Shown in pieces: positions 50,101 through 63,700 of a DNA stretch of 64,000 nucleotides; the first letter of the stretch is position 1; every line of letters starts with the position of its first letter. The stretch comes from Phoronis australis (lineage: Eukaryota; Animalia; Phoronida). The position numbers and the translations under genes are program-made. Location of the stretch: contig NMRA01000232.1 in NCBI GenBank assembly GCA_002633005.1, forward strand, positions 360,866 to 424,865. Direction: 5' to 3'. The notes under the pieces are model-generated. The model worked only from the letters and a program-made list of their open reading frames with translations. It made no database searches and was not told where the DNA came from.

Positions 50101-53100
50101 ATTAATTGAAATAAGCCAAGTTGACAAAAGTAGTCTAAGGGTAACATTCTCTTTCAATGCTGAAACAAGTTGGATAAAGAAGATTGCAGAAATTAAAGAG
50201 GACGAGCAAATATAATGAGGGCACACTTTGTCGACCATTGAAGAGTGGCATATCACCCTGATAAAGTGATTAGTATGGCAGCAGTGGGACAAGTTCCGCT
50301 AGTGATGCATTGCATTGTGGGTACGTACTGGCACTGCTGTTTTTTGGGGGGAGTGGCTATTGCAGTCACCTTTACTGCAGTGGTTGACTACTGTCATGTG
50401 ACCGATGCGTTGCTAACGTTCTACTTTCAGTTTCTATTGAGCATAAGAACCGGCTAGAGCAGTCACTCAACTCAGAAAAAACTCAGCGCAAGCGAGCTGA
50501 AGATGGTGAGTACTGGAATTCACATTTAATGTTGTGTAATTTATTATTTTGTTTCTCATATAGCGAGAACTTGATGAAAAGGTCCTTGTCGCTAGATGTC
50601 ACTAGGGTACTGGATGATCATGGTACTGCATCGTTGTATGGGTTTAATGCACTGGGTTCAATCATCTGGTCCTGAAGGAAAAAAGTGTTGCCAACAATGT
50701 ATTTACTGACAACAACTGAACGTGACTCATGGAAACTCAATGAATGTGTTGTGGGTAACGAGGCAAGCCAACGTGTACTAAAGAGAACACTGCCGCAGAA
50801 TAAGTTACAGAGTTATCAATGCTTAGTTCTCTGCTGGATACCTCCAGTTGCTTTATTGTTTTCATCGCTGCACAGACTACCTTGGTTTTTTGTTCCCCTT
50901 TCACACGGCGCAGCCTGAAAAGACAGCACTGTCACCAGTCACAGAAGGGATGGGCTGTTGTACACCGTCCACCAGAAGCCCTTTTTCATGAACGCAATTC
51001 ATTGCTCATTCACAAACTGTGTAATTTTTTTCATCCGAGGCACTTTGGCTGTATTCATATGAACACACTGCATCCTTTCCTCTGAAAATGTGCCTTTCTT
51101 TTGTGAGAGGTTGTCTCCCCTGAAAGTAAGGACGGCTTTGAATGAGTTTGCAGGCATGCGAGTGATCTAAGTATCGACCTATAACTTAGAAATTGCTTCC
51201 TCCAAATCTGATTTTCAAGTCCAAAATATTGAGTGCGGCACACTTGACCTGGTCTCAACCTGAACTTAAAGTAAAATCAAGTCTCCATATTCAGGCAGTT
51301 TGAAGTGATTCAACGTTGTTTTTTAGACCAATTAACTCTAGTTTCTCTTTACCATTGGCTAAATAGTGCTCCGAGATCCCATGATAGGGTGTAATGAAGT
51401 ATCACATCACTCCATGGTTTTCCGTCTTTACACCAGTTTTGTGCTTTTTTCAGCAAATCCCAGTTCAGCTTGTGATTGGTATTTTATATGAAATTCCAGG
51501 GACTGCCCAAATTGGAGATTTTTTTACCATACTTTAACTCCATAATTTAAAAAAAATGAATATCTACCACAGAATGTCATTTCTAGTGTTTTGCCTTGAA
51601 CCAGAGTAGAGACTCTACCCTGGTTGAAGGCAAAACACTAAACATGTAGGACTATTTGATTCTAATTGCTCTTCCAGAGTTTGTTATTGTCACCAAAAGG
51701 AATTCATCTGACACAAGTCTAGTAATAAGCGTTTATAACTTTAGCTTGTTCACCTGTAGACCTTTGGTAAATCTGACAAGCTGCTTACAAATTACAGTCC
51801 AGTCATGTTTTTAATGACATCACTTGCACACAGCTTGGTCTGCATAACAGCTGGTGATAGTTTTCTGCACATATTGTTTTCATTTACCATCTTTGCCTAT
51901 GCTGGTTTTACAGTGTAAATAACTGTCTTTAGTGGCTGGATTTGGGGAGCTGCACCTTGCCAATATCTCTTCACCTTTTGTTTGGTGACTGTAAAAATTC
52001 CAAGTTGCTACTAAAGACGTTTGCCGGTTCTTGTGCAAGTTGCAATCAAGTCAGACAAATGCAATTCGTTTCAAATTTTGTGATGATTTCCATAACTTTA
52101 AATATTAATTCAAAACTGAGAATTTATTTCACAATTTAATTTCGTGAAGTCAGTACCTATGTCACCCTCGGCAAAATGTGTCAGGGCTAAACAATGTGTT
52201 ATGATCATTTGCTTCTTCTGTAGATAATGGACACATATAATCCCTATTTGTTTATTTGACTCACTTAAAATGGCTGGCATTTTTAAGAGCTGCATGCTGG
52301 GTTTCCTTCTTTTGGACAGCTCATTTCCTGTTTGCCAAACGGGGAATTTTGCCTGGTCACATTTGGCGAGTTGGCACTGTCTAGCCCTGATACGCATTTA
52401 AGTAATTTAAGGCTTTCTTTCAATATTAATGCTCACTTAAGTGTCACATCCTCATAAAATCTGTTTTGCTAATTATCATGTGCCCAAATTGTCCCTTCCA
52501 CACACTGCTTACTCTAGAACAACTGGCACTAAGTGCATCTTATTCCACTTTTAAGTGGAGTGTTCACACACACACACATCCAATAACTACGGTAAGGCGG
52601 AAGCTGTCGCTCAGCACGCAAAAGAAAACGCGTGTATGTAAGCGCAGAAGATAAGTTCTTTCGCCTTGCCCCAGGTTTGCGGCCATACAGGAATTAGAAG
52701 TGGCACAAGTTACCCTAGAACAAGTTGCCCTACCTAGATAAGGTGGAGTAAGTTGTCACAAGTGGGGCAATTGCACTAGTTTAAATAGCGTCCACAGAGC
52801 ACGCTACCTAGTGACAACTCGTTCCAGGAGTAACTTGTTCTAGGGTAAGTCTGTGTGGACGGCACGTAAGATTGCAAGAGCTTGAGCGACCATAAAAATG
52901 TTTGAAAATGAAATTTCATGTCTATGAAAACTATAATTAGTAAGATTTTCAACAAACAAGTAGAAAAATTGAAATTTAAATCAAATGAAAACATTTGAAC
53001 ATTTTAAAATTAGTAATGCTTTCATGTAATGGTATGGAAATGATTTTTTAAATACAACGAAAACAAATATTTTAACTAGCATTAGGTGTTACCTTATGGT

Positions 53101-56100
53101 CATGAAAAATTAAACTTAGGGTATTAGGTAATTTACAACTTAGTGATTGTCATTTGAGTGTGTGAACTTGACAAATCACCACTTTTCGAGGAATATTGCT
53201 GTGTTGAGGGCATAGCTAATGAAAGTCCACTTTGCCATTAAAAGAATAATATAAATGCATGCTTGCAAGGAAGAACTGTTTGAAGACTCACTCCAGCCCT
53301 GCGTTTCGAATTCAAGCGCCAATCATTTTTCCTCTTCTCAGCGAATTGATTCCAATAATGACGGTGTAAAAACCACCCAGCTGTTCCTTAAAGTATCCAG
53401 AACACTTTCATTTGCAAGAAGTGGATACAAAACTTATGTAACAGGTGATAGAAACCATTTCAGCTCATTTGATGAATAATGGTTTTAATTGCAAAAAGAT
53501 TACTCCACATGGAAGAACACAGGCGTGAGTTAACGGTTTACATTCAGTTTATCTACAAACATACAAAAACATTCCTAGAGTCAATTGAACAGTTTGTTAG
53601 CCGTTGACAAAATCGCATCGCTAACAATTCAGTTGTCTGTATGCATACTCAAACAAACATCAAACTACTAGTCTACAGTTGTAAGAATGAAATGCATTAC
53701 TATGTTCCATAGACCATCACTTACCTGTACAAAATTAAAGTACACACAAAGGATCATTCAAAAAGCGAAATATATCCTGAGAGTTCGTGTTGCACCCTTT
53801 GTGATGTGAAATTCTTATTCAATCGCTAGTTTGGATAAAAATTCCTTTTCGAACAAAAATTGGTTGAGTAATGAGAAGGTAGATCTCATCAAAGTTAAGT
53901 GCAAGTAAGTAACTCTGTAATGTTAGTTTTCTTCAATCTTGCTGTTTCTGTTTCCTGTTAAGTTAAGTTTTTGCAAATTTATCCTTTGCAGAATTTAAAG
54001 AGACACAAAGCCAGCTCAATAGAGAGAAGGTGAGTGAAGAGCCTTGGTGTTGTATTTATCTGTTTTGTATTGTGTGCATGTGATGCTGAGAGAGTGTCGC
54101 TTGCTGTGCTTATCAGGCAGCGTGAGCGTGGTAATCCACTCTCGTACACTTTGTTTTAATTTCTTCTGCTCAAGCTTTAATGCTTGCTCAGGTTTTAGTT
54201 TGGTGCTGTAGCGCTTTTTGTTTCCCCCACAGAAGGCATTCAAGGGAATACAGTTTTAGTAGGCGGGTTTTAGTAGGCGGCATTTCGTCTTGTCCGTCAT
54301 TGCGCGCAATTGCTGTTCTACATTTCAAAGGGGTTTTGGACAAGCTTTCAAAAAATATGCTTACAAATTGCCATATTGTCCACAATTTTCCTGGATTTTA
54401 GACCATTCATAATTCCCACGCATCAGTGTAGAGCAGTGCTCTTTTGTGAGTAATGCTTTAGGAGATTATGACGAAGGTTTCAAAATAATGGCATGGTTAC
54501 CAGGTGCCTAAGACATTTAGTTGGCATTATGCAATTCCTCTATATGTGAAATACAGCATCTTGATGATTTTCTTTCAATACATATTGAAAACGTACTGCT
54601 GAGTGCGTAACTCTTAAGTGATTTCAGCTTAAGTTAATCTGAATTATTCATAAGAAGATCCCTTGGGCAAATCGACAGCATTTCACATTTTATGATTTTA
54701 CACATGCATATGAAAGATGTTATTGTGCACACAACTCCTACATGACCTTCAGTGGGGGATACTGTCGTCAGCAACTGCATTCATTTGTTTAATTTTGCTT
54801 TTATTTTTGGTTTTACTCTGACTTGTTTTCTATTCTGTTCTGTTAATTTTCAGCAAGAACAAATGAAAAACTACAACGGTTTAAATCAACAGCACCAGAT
54901 GCTGAAAGTAAGTGGAGCACGCACAAGTTATATTAAATAAGACCTTCCAATGACCAAACACTGCACCTTGGCACTGCACCAACCAAAAGCAAATCGCCAT
55001 ACCTTTAGAATGGAAATTTTCATCTTGAAAATAATCATTTTCCATTGCCTATTCTGCTTGCTGCTTTATCTGAATATTGTTCCACTAAATATCCTTTATT
55101 TCTTATTTTTGCTTTGGCTAATCCAAGCAATATTAATTGGCATAGTGTATCAAAGAGGTTTCAGTTTTTATAACTCTCCAGTTACAGAACTACATTGCAA
55201 GCAAAGAACACTTGGTAATTTTCCACTTTTTTCGCTCAAAATAAATTAGATATGTTTTCCTCATAATCAAGGTGTGTCAATCGAACCGAATACACAGCCT
55301 TCATGGTTGACAGGTGTGCGAAGTAATCAAGCATCACCTATTGACAACGTGTGAATTAAAGGAAGTACAGCCAACTGGTTGCCGACATCAAGGGGGAAAT
55401 AAAAAATTGGTCAGACTTCTAAACCACATAACCGGATTCAAAACCAGTCGGCAAATTAAACCAAATGGCTGGTGATCAAATGTGTTGTCCGGACTTCAAA
55501 ATGCGATGGCTTCACCGAAAAACTATTTGGCTGGACCCAAAACACAATGGCCGGTGCTACAACCAATTGGCTTATGATCAAACACGACAGCCAGGATCCC
55601 TCAGGGACTTGCTTTGAAAATCTCGAAGGATTTAAGTGACTTCTAGCGTTTATTTTTCGTACCCATTTGACGTTTGTTCTGCTCAAAATCGGCGATTTGT
55701 TCAGCCATTGTGTTTGAGCACTGGCTAATCCATTTGAGGTCTAGCCACCCAGTTTTTTGGGTACGGCCATCTAGTTTTGAGCTACCCGCTGTCCTGTTTT
55801 GAGGTCCGATTACAAGATAGAACACCAGCCATCCAGGTTTACTGTCTAGCCAGCTTGTTTTTAATCCGAGCAAGTGGTTTTTAAATCCAGCCAATTGTTG
55901 ATTCATCCTGGAACACGATCCAATTAACAGTTAAATTTTTGTTGTTCCAATATACCGGTACGTGTAATTAACCCCATCATTGATGAAGTGTTGAATTTCT
56001 TTTGAGCACAAGACTACACAGTCATCCAAGTCCTCCCATGTTCACAACAGCATCAGATAACGTATTGAATGGGTTTTTAAAAGTGGTCAACATGCAATAT

Positions 56101-59100
56101 TCAGACCTTTTTTATTCATTTAAAGAGGTGTGTATTACATAATGGCTGGGCTTTGTGCCGATATTTTCCAAAGTGCAAAGCTGTCTATGTGGAAGGTAGC
56201 CTCATGTAAAATAAGTGAGGGACAAATTTTTGTTTTTACAAATTTGGGCGTGTGAATTGAGGTAGATGCGCTAAATATATAAAGCACCACACTGAGAGAA
56301 CAGTCAATGAAGACAGTGGCTCATTTATGCTTGGGTTGGGGTATGGTTGAAACTGCAGTTTGGGATGATGAAAAATAAATAATTTCGCTCAAGGTCCGAC
56401 CTTATACCTAATGTTACAGATAGGCAATATTGACCATACAAATTCAAGAATTATCATGGAAACGATCATTCTTCTCAGACTTGCACACTATGGGGACTCG
56501 TGAAAAGGTTGTATCGCTGGCTGTTTTTGACAATTTTATGAACTGCCAAGTACAAATTTTCAGAATTACTTAAATTCAAATATTTTGTCTAGAATACCTA
56601 GTTTCCCAAATTTTAGAGACTATGTCAAACTGGACAATTTTTGGAAATGTCTTTTGATGTGATGTAGCTAAAGACTACACTATTTATTTAATGCAAATCA
56701 GCATTTGTGTCTATCTAAAGTCACTTTCCAAATTATACGAAGTTTCAGTAAGTGGGAAAGGTTAACTGGTAGTTAATCTACAAGACAGTGAAACTTTGCT
56801 TAAGATAGTAGGTACTAACCAAAACGTTGGTGTAGTGGAAACAGTCAAAGCGAGGCTTTGTTGAAGTTATCGGTAGAGGTTGCGACAACGATATATGATT
56901 ACGCAAGTCTCGCAAAATGTGCTCTTTATGATTGTAGTGTAGCCGACATGCTCTCACTAGACTGATGTAAATAAATAAAATAAAGCATATCTGATGCAAA
57001 ATGACACTGATTGTTTTCGAAATACACTCGTAAATGGCAGGAGAGCATCTTTCAGTTAGCCTCGAACTCACTACTCAATATTTGTTTGAGAGTACGAAAT
57101 GAACTGCGTCATCTGGTGTCATCATGATAACTTTGATATGGCTGTCTTGTTGGAAAAGTTAACAAAGTTTTGCCAAAGCTTCGCTGAACTGAATTACCAC
57201 TAATGGGAAAGCGACCTAAAACTTTTTGTTGCTTAAAATGTAATTTTGTATCACATAAATGATTCATGGCTATCAGCACCGCACTGATAATAAAATTTTG
57301 ATGAAAAATGAATTTACATGCACTTGAGGCCCATTTCACTGGAAGTGAAACTGCATTGAAATGAATACAAAAATTTGAGAGAAAAGTAACACAGAAGCTA
57401 TTGTTATGTGCAGGGCTGAGACTGATTTGAAACGATACTTGGTACACACATTACAAACACTGTGGGCCCTCTGGAGAAAAAGTTCAATTGATGCCTAAAA
57501 TAATCAGAAAAAATGACCCGGTATTCCCTTCATGTTTGTATCGATTTTTGTCATGTATGGTACCATGAATTTTGCCCATTTCGTCCTTAGTGAAATAAGC
57601 CAGTCCCTCACACCGCATATTCATTTTGTAAGCAATTAATGATACCAGACACATTTAACTCAGTACTATAATTATAGTTTTGCGACCAGCTGGACATCTA
57701 AGTTTAGTAATGTTAAATTTTCACATTTTTTTAATTTTCATTTGTCTCTGATCCTCTTTATTGCAAGTTGTGTTGATGTTCTTATTTAAAAGTGAAAGTT
57801 ATGTTTTGAATATGTCATCTGCGGGCTACCACTAATTTGGACGTCAATCATCAAATACTTACTAGTTCATCTAGTAAGTGGGAATTCCTGCTTCAAGGTG
57901 ACATGCATGGGTAAAGCATGTCTAAAGAGACTGGTTTAACTACAAGGTTAACTGTTTACATTATGATAACAACTGTGTATATTGTGCATCGAGATTTATA
58001 CAACTGACCTAAGTATCATACCTATGCAACATGGAAAAAGTATTGATGTTTGACAAGACAAGTTTCAAAATGTCTCATCATGTATTGATCAGATGGACGT
58101 AAGTGGAAGCAATACTAACAATTGATTTGAGGATAATTCTCTCATTGTAGATGTTGTTTATCACATTGTGTAATGTGTCCTTTGTTTAATGATTATGGTC
58201 GCCTGTTGTCTCTCAGAACCAACACAATGATCTACAAGAAGAGGTCACTGCATTGCGGAGACAACTGGCCTCGTGTAAATCTGACGCAGAGAAGCAACAA
58301 CAGAGTGATAACTCCGAGTATCTACAGCTGAAACAAGAGAAAGACAATGAAATAGCAAGGCTTAAAGGTGCATTGTGTTGACAGTCAAAGTCATGGTTGG
58401 GTCAGGTGCATTGTGTTGACAGTCAAAGTTATGGTTGGGTCAGGTGCATTGTGTTGACAGTCAAAGTCATGGTTGGGCTGCTCGTTTTCAGACAAGTTAA
58501 AACATCAGCGATATTTTGAGACCACGTGTCTCGTCACCGGGCAATGAGTGAAATGAACATAATTATACAAAGCGAAATAAACAGTGATTAAACGGTGAAA
58601 ACAGGTGGAGGAGCACATATTAAGTAGAGAGATGTATCAAACTAGCGGTTTTGGCTAGTTACCTCAAGGGGGCGCACCAGATATCATCTGATTGGCAAGC
58701 ATTCAACGTTGAAATCCACTGCATAAAATGAGTTCTATTTAACAAGTGTTATACTACCGTAATTCTTCTGTTGATAACCACCAACATTAAATCCATCATA
58801 TCTAGGACTGACTCTCATGTAGACACTGAATCTAGTGCTAGCACCATTAAGAATGTGTATTATAAAATAACTGCATGTCTAATAATATCTGAGTGATGAA
58901 TATATGCTTAAGAACATCGTAAGAGATAACATTAAGGTGCTCAAACCTGGTGATAGATAGGTGTAATAATTACTTATTATCAGAATATACAGTCATGTTA
59001 CTTTGGCATGAAACAACCCCAGTTGTGAAAGATTATAACCAGTGGCCAAATGTAATGCTGTTTATCAATTCACATGTTGTATGGACGAATGTCTTTGTCC

Positions 59101-60754
59101 TCATTCCCGAGAACAGTTAAATTGGACACACGGTGTGTTCCCTCTCCCGACGGTTGTCCATGCACTTTCAGGGCAGTCCATTCAAAATCATTTTGTACAC
59201 CAACGTGGCTGAAAAATAAGTAGGCAAGAAATAGTAGACAATACCATCATTTGCTATGTTGAAAATGACACATTTCGGTTAAAGATTTTGGAATCCCCAT
59301 TGATGAGTCATGAAAAACCAAGTATGCTGAATGAGCAGCTCACAGGTGTGTACCGCATGCTGGCTCCGTTCTGTTAGGCTTGGGGGCTTCCTACCGTGTG
59401 ATACAACCACACGCTCTGCTTGTATGCCCCTCTTCCCGCTGTCCCTGTTTATTTCACTGTTTATTTCGCTATGTATATATTCATTCCATTCATTGCCTGA
59501 TGATGAGACGTGTGGTCTCTAAATATAGCTAGTGCTTTAACTTGCTTGTCTTTTTGTGTCTGTCAGTGTTTTGTTACATAGCTGCATGCCTGAAAATAGG
59601 ACATTGTTTAGAGAATACGAGAGAGTATATTGTATTAATCTGTCACGCAAACAGTACTGTCGTGTTTTCAGCCAAGTTTGTCTTAATGAAGGGCTGCTAC
59701 TAAACTACACTGATTGGTGATGAGATACATTTCATGTAATGGTGAAACCTCACCAATTTCGGAGAATTGTCTAATTTGTCATTTTTTCATTTTTCAAATG
59801 TTAGGTCTTCAAACAGTGTATTGTGAACCCCCACAAATTTTCATATACATTGCCTGTTGGTACCTATGGTACAAAATTTCAACAAGACTAATTTTTCATT
59901 GAAAAAAATAGAAATCAAAATTTCACTTGTCCGCCATATTGTGTAACTCAGATTTCAATAAGTGAGGTACGTTTCACTTCAATTTCATTCCATAATTTTA
60001 TTAGGCACTTGGAAATTGTTTGTCATTTCTCACAGATCTCTGCAGTGCTTATTAACTCAAGCCAAATCTCAAACTGGAATAAATCAACTTAGCCATGTGG
60101 CAAAACTTTCAGTTGTGGCAATCTGTTCAGTTCATTGTTTTATTGTGTATTGACAGGAACATTAACTTGCTGTTAACATAGCAAAGGGTTCCAACCCAAA
60201 ATGTGAACCTTAAGTTTTCGGAGGTAGTGCATGGGGTTTGAATTTCAGTTATAAGGAGGGCACTCGACTGGGTTAATGACCACCTCTGCAATTTCAAAAT
60301 TTTAATCCATTCCCAATTTATACGATAAAGACTTCCTTGGAAGTGCCTGTATCTGAAGTTGGTAAACACCAGTTTCAGTGCCACCTGGCCTTACTTGTGT
60401 CAGTCACCAGGTGGTGACCCATATGGGTATGATACTTGTTTTATCACGTGGCATGTATGACTGTCATTTTACTTCTTTGAAAGCCACGATTTTTTGGTGC
60501 AGGTGTTGCTATGGAACTCCTTGTTTTGTTTATTTTTAACATGCTGGTGCTCCATACACATGATGAAAGAATGACCAGAATGGAAATGATTGCTTCGTCG
60601 ACTCTAACTTGCTTTATTCCAGGTTTTGCGATTTTGTTTTCACCTAAGTAGGTGCTTTAAAACTTTTTATGTTATTGTCATTGTAATAAAACAATGCCCG
60701 GTTTATCTTTCAGATTCTGTAGCTGACTGTCAAAGAGCCAAACAGGATGCAGAG
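44024..60754 (+). CDS. GOLIM4: Golgi integral membrane protein 4 (GPP130) orthologue, 5' six coding exons; gene probably continues past the window end
   Basis: Exons 44024-44195, 50431-50505, 53992-54029, 54854-54907, 58217-58367, 60714-60754 splice in frame. Short cytosolic tail, one TM, then coiled coil: LSAQLQVSIEHKNRLEQSL, YNGLNQQHQMLK, YLQLKQEKDNEIARLK match human GOLIM4 as recalled (LSAQLQVVYEHRSRLEKSL, YSALNVQHQMLK, YLQLQQEKEQELSKLK). Confidence 0.9.
45131..45953. other. Assembly gap with duplicated flanks (probably a false gap)
   Basis: 44931-45130 equals 45954-46153 except about 2 SNPs. Confidence 0.92.
48413..48548 (+). repeat. 15-bp minisatellite (GGAGGGTGGTGGTAA) x9
   Basis: Direct reading; two adjacent units carry the GCAGGG variant. 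Confidence 0.95.
50431..50505 (+). CDS. GOLIM4: GOLIM4 exon 2 (VSIEHKNRLEQSLNSEKTQRKRAED)
   Basis: 75 nt; tttcAG/GTGAGT; phases 1/1. Confidence 0.92.
51584..51640. mobile_element. 57-bp palindromic mini-MITE with TA ends
   Basis: TAGTGTTTTGCCTT-G-AACCAG-A-GTAGAG-A-CTCTAC-C-CTGGTT-G-AAGGCAAAACACTA. Confidence 0.65.
52703..52857. mobile_element. MITE-like inverted repeat
   Basis: TTACCCTAGAACAAGTT / AACTTGTTCTAGGGTAA arms. Confidence 0.6.
53992..54029 (+). CDS. GOLIM4: GOLIM4 exon 3 (EFKETQSQLNREK)
   Basis: 38 nt; ttgcAG/GTGAGT; phases 1/0 bridge exons 2 and 4. Confidence 0.85.
54854..54907 (+). CDS. GOLIM4: GOLIM4 exon 4 (QEQMKNYNGLNQQHQMLK)
   Basis: 54 nt; ttttcAG/GTAAGT. Confidence 0.92.
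58217..58367 (+). CDS. GOLIM4: GOLIM4 exon 5 (NQHNDLQEE...EIARLK)
   Basis: 151 nt; ctctcAG/GTGCAT; phases 0/1. Confidence 0.9.
58366..58477 (+). repeat. 38-bp tandem repeat x3 overlapping the GOLIM4 exon 5 donor
   Basis: AGGTGCATTGTGTTGACAGTCAAAGTCATGGTTGGGTC at 58366, 58404, 58442. Confidence 0.95.
60714..60754 (+). CDS. GOLIM4: GOLIM4 probable exon 6 (DSVADCQRAKQDAE)
   Basis: 41 nt; ctttcAG/GTATGT; phase 1 entry fits exon 5. Confidence 0.7.
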
Positions 60755-63700
60755 GTATGTGGTGTAACTGTTGTTTTATGCTCTGACTTGAAACTGACAT
60801 GCTCACAGAGAGCACTCAGTTGTGAGAATTAACATTGAACCACCAGTTTAATCAGGTGCTCTTAAGATGACCCACCACTTTTTGTTGTTTAGTATCACCT
60901 TGTTTAACACCTTGTCACATGTGCTGTGCTTCAGTTGTTATTCTGGACTCTAAACCTCGTTTAGTTGATTTCGTGCAAAACTTCATTGTTCAGTCAGTCT
61001 CTCTTTATCGCACAATTAGTATTTTCCCTAGAGAGAGATGGGGAGGGGGGAATTAGACATTAAATAATTTTTATTTTATTTGTTACAGTTTGACATGCGG
61101 TTTGAGTTGGCTATTCACCATAACCACTGATTCCTTCTCAAAAACCTTGAATCATTCTGGCTCACATGCAAACTTTGTAAAGAATTTCCAAATTAACTCC
61201 GATTATTCACTCGTTGGCGATTCATATGGCATTATATCAAAGGTATTGAAAAGGCTATAAGCTTTCCTGGAAAAAGCTTACTTTTGGCCCAGACTACTTG
61301 TTGCTGCAACACTGATATTAATGTTTTCCTTACGCAGGTAATTTCCATTTGTTGGTTTAGGAAGCATTCACAGTTGAGTAGTACTTGAGTGCATGGTGAG
61401 AGCCTAAAATGACCCACCATCGTGACAAGCCAATTTACTGAGTCTCTTCTCAAGCAGTAGTCAGCTGCCATTTTCCCTAAGACCAGAAAGTTGACAGTCA
61501 TATAACCTGAGTAAGGAACACATTGAGACCAGTGGGTTGTGGTTTGAGTGACTAGCACAAGTCTGGTGTGTAGCAAAGCAAAATACATGTTGTTACAAGT
61601 GTAGCAGGATAATACGAGGTTTAGTGTCTTTCTGAGAATCACTGTTGCCTAGATTAAATCTGTGTTAGATTGCACGCTGTAATGAGCTGTGCTCTGCTGT
61701 TTTAGACAAGGAATAGTCTCACAACACTATATCACTGGCTCAAAAGTTGTGATTTGGAATTAGGGCAGGACTGGCTGCTATAGACCATCTCAGCTTTTCA
61801 CATTTGCAATGCACTTTGTGAGTAAATGCTTTAAACTTGAATTTTGTCCTGTGATATCATTCCCAGACAGCCAACTGAAGGAGATGGAAGTTGTGAGCTT
61901 GGTTCCTTGCAGGCCTGTTTTCTGCCATTGGTTTCCAGATGGCTGTGTACAGTCATTTTTTTTAAGTTTGCACAATATTTATTTTGCATTACTGCAGTGC
62001 CAGGTATTAGAACTCACAGGTGCTTTTTTCAAAGGCATATTTAGACCTGGCGCTTGTTCAAGAAGGCCAAGTTTGCAGACCCGGTGCTTACTTACTGTCA
62101 ACAAAATGCAGACGATCTCGTACAACAAAATGGATTTTCTTCAATTTCCTTACGTATACATTTAAAGCGAGCATTACGTCACTCGCAATTTTCAATGCTT
62201 GTGATGCATTTTATTCATTGATTTGCCCACAATATTTCACTTATGTAATAATTAAATGTAGGCTCAAGACTATCTTGCAAAGCAGTGAATTGCATTCCAG
62301 GTTCTTTCAATAAGTTAAGAATTATTCCCAGTGATTATTTGAGACCCGGCACTTATTAGCAACTGGTGAATACGTGTTTTTACTGGGCACTGATTTGAGA
62401 CCATCACTTATTAAAGGAACAGCGCTAATATGCGACATTACAGTTAGGCAACTATTGAGATTGTCCATATACTTTGTATGGAGATGATGTCACCACTCCA
62501 TATTATGTCTATTGTTATTTTGTCTGAGTGTACTGTACACAATGTGCCACTGGTGTTGCTTATTCTCTGTATGTTATATAAGCACAAAGGCATTGTGAAG
62601 TATGAACTGTTGTGGGGCTATTCCTGTTGCTATACTCTGTCTTGTCTAGAGATTAATAGGTCTAGCATTGGCATGCCATTGTTTTGGCTAACTCCCCTGT
62701 GGCTTTGTATGAAAACACACCCTTTGTTTAGAAATAGGTCACACCTTTTAGCTTACCTGCACAGTTGGAGAGTGAATATTTTACTTGACTTAAGTGATGG
62801 CTGTCCAATGATACTTTAAAAAACCCATCTTTGAAACAAATCATTTTGTCACAACATCCTGGTCAGAATTATGGCTTGTTTTATCTTGCATGTGCCCCAG
62901 TCACACATTGTGTCTGACTCCAATCCACTCCATTTGTGGCAGATGCTCGTTATATCACCCAAAAATCAAGTGACTGTTTAGGTGCCAGAATCACTGTACA
63001 CTACCACTGATACGATAAAAAGTCACCCAACAGTGCTAGATGTGGGAATCAGGATACAACTGAGTTGCCGGTATCAGTCGAGTGTTGCCTACTTCATGAC
63101 CACTGGCATAGTAAAGCCTCCATCATGTGTCGGTGTGTAAGCTAAGAGGTGACAATGTCTGTGCTGATGTTTCCTCCTGCTCCTTGAGGGCATTACACTC
63201 TGAGTGATTTGATACTGTCTTGTTGGACTAAAACACCTGTATATAACCTATTGTGTAGAAGCTGGTTTATGCGGAGCGTGATGCCAAACAGCGTCTTCAA
63301 AGCAAGATGGTGCAGATGCAGGTTATTTTACTTACCTTGTTTCTAGTTCTTGACCCTTCCGTGTAAAATGTAAAACCAGGGGACACTCACTTTCTTAATT
63401 TCTTTTTGTATTTTCTATTCAGCATGCTTTTTAATTGTGCTAATTCAATGTATTTCATGCGCCAAAAGTAATGGTTGCAAAAGTTTTCATTATCAATTTT
63501 TCATGTACTACCTGTCTGCAAATATTGGAAATTTTTGCAAAATGTTGTTTTATGGCATGGTTAAGCTAAAGTATACTAATTTTTATTAAAACATCTTTCT
63601 ATTTTTGTTGATAAACAGTCAAAGTTGAATTTTTTGTGTGTTGTACAAGTGGTGTAATTTGTCACGTTCCAATTTGCTCCCTGCTCCGTTTCCTGAGTAT

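Noticed and set aside
58366-58477. CRISPR-like 38-bp repeats
   Set aside because: No spacers, eukaryotic intron, no cas genes.
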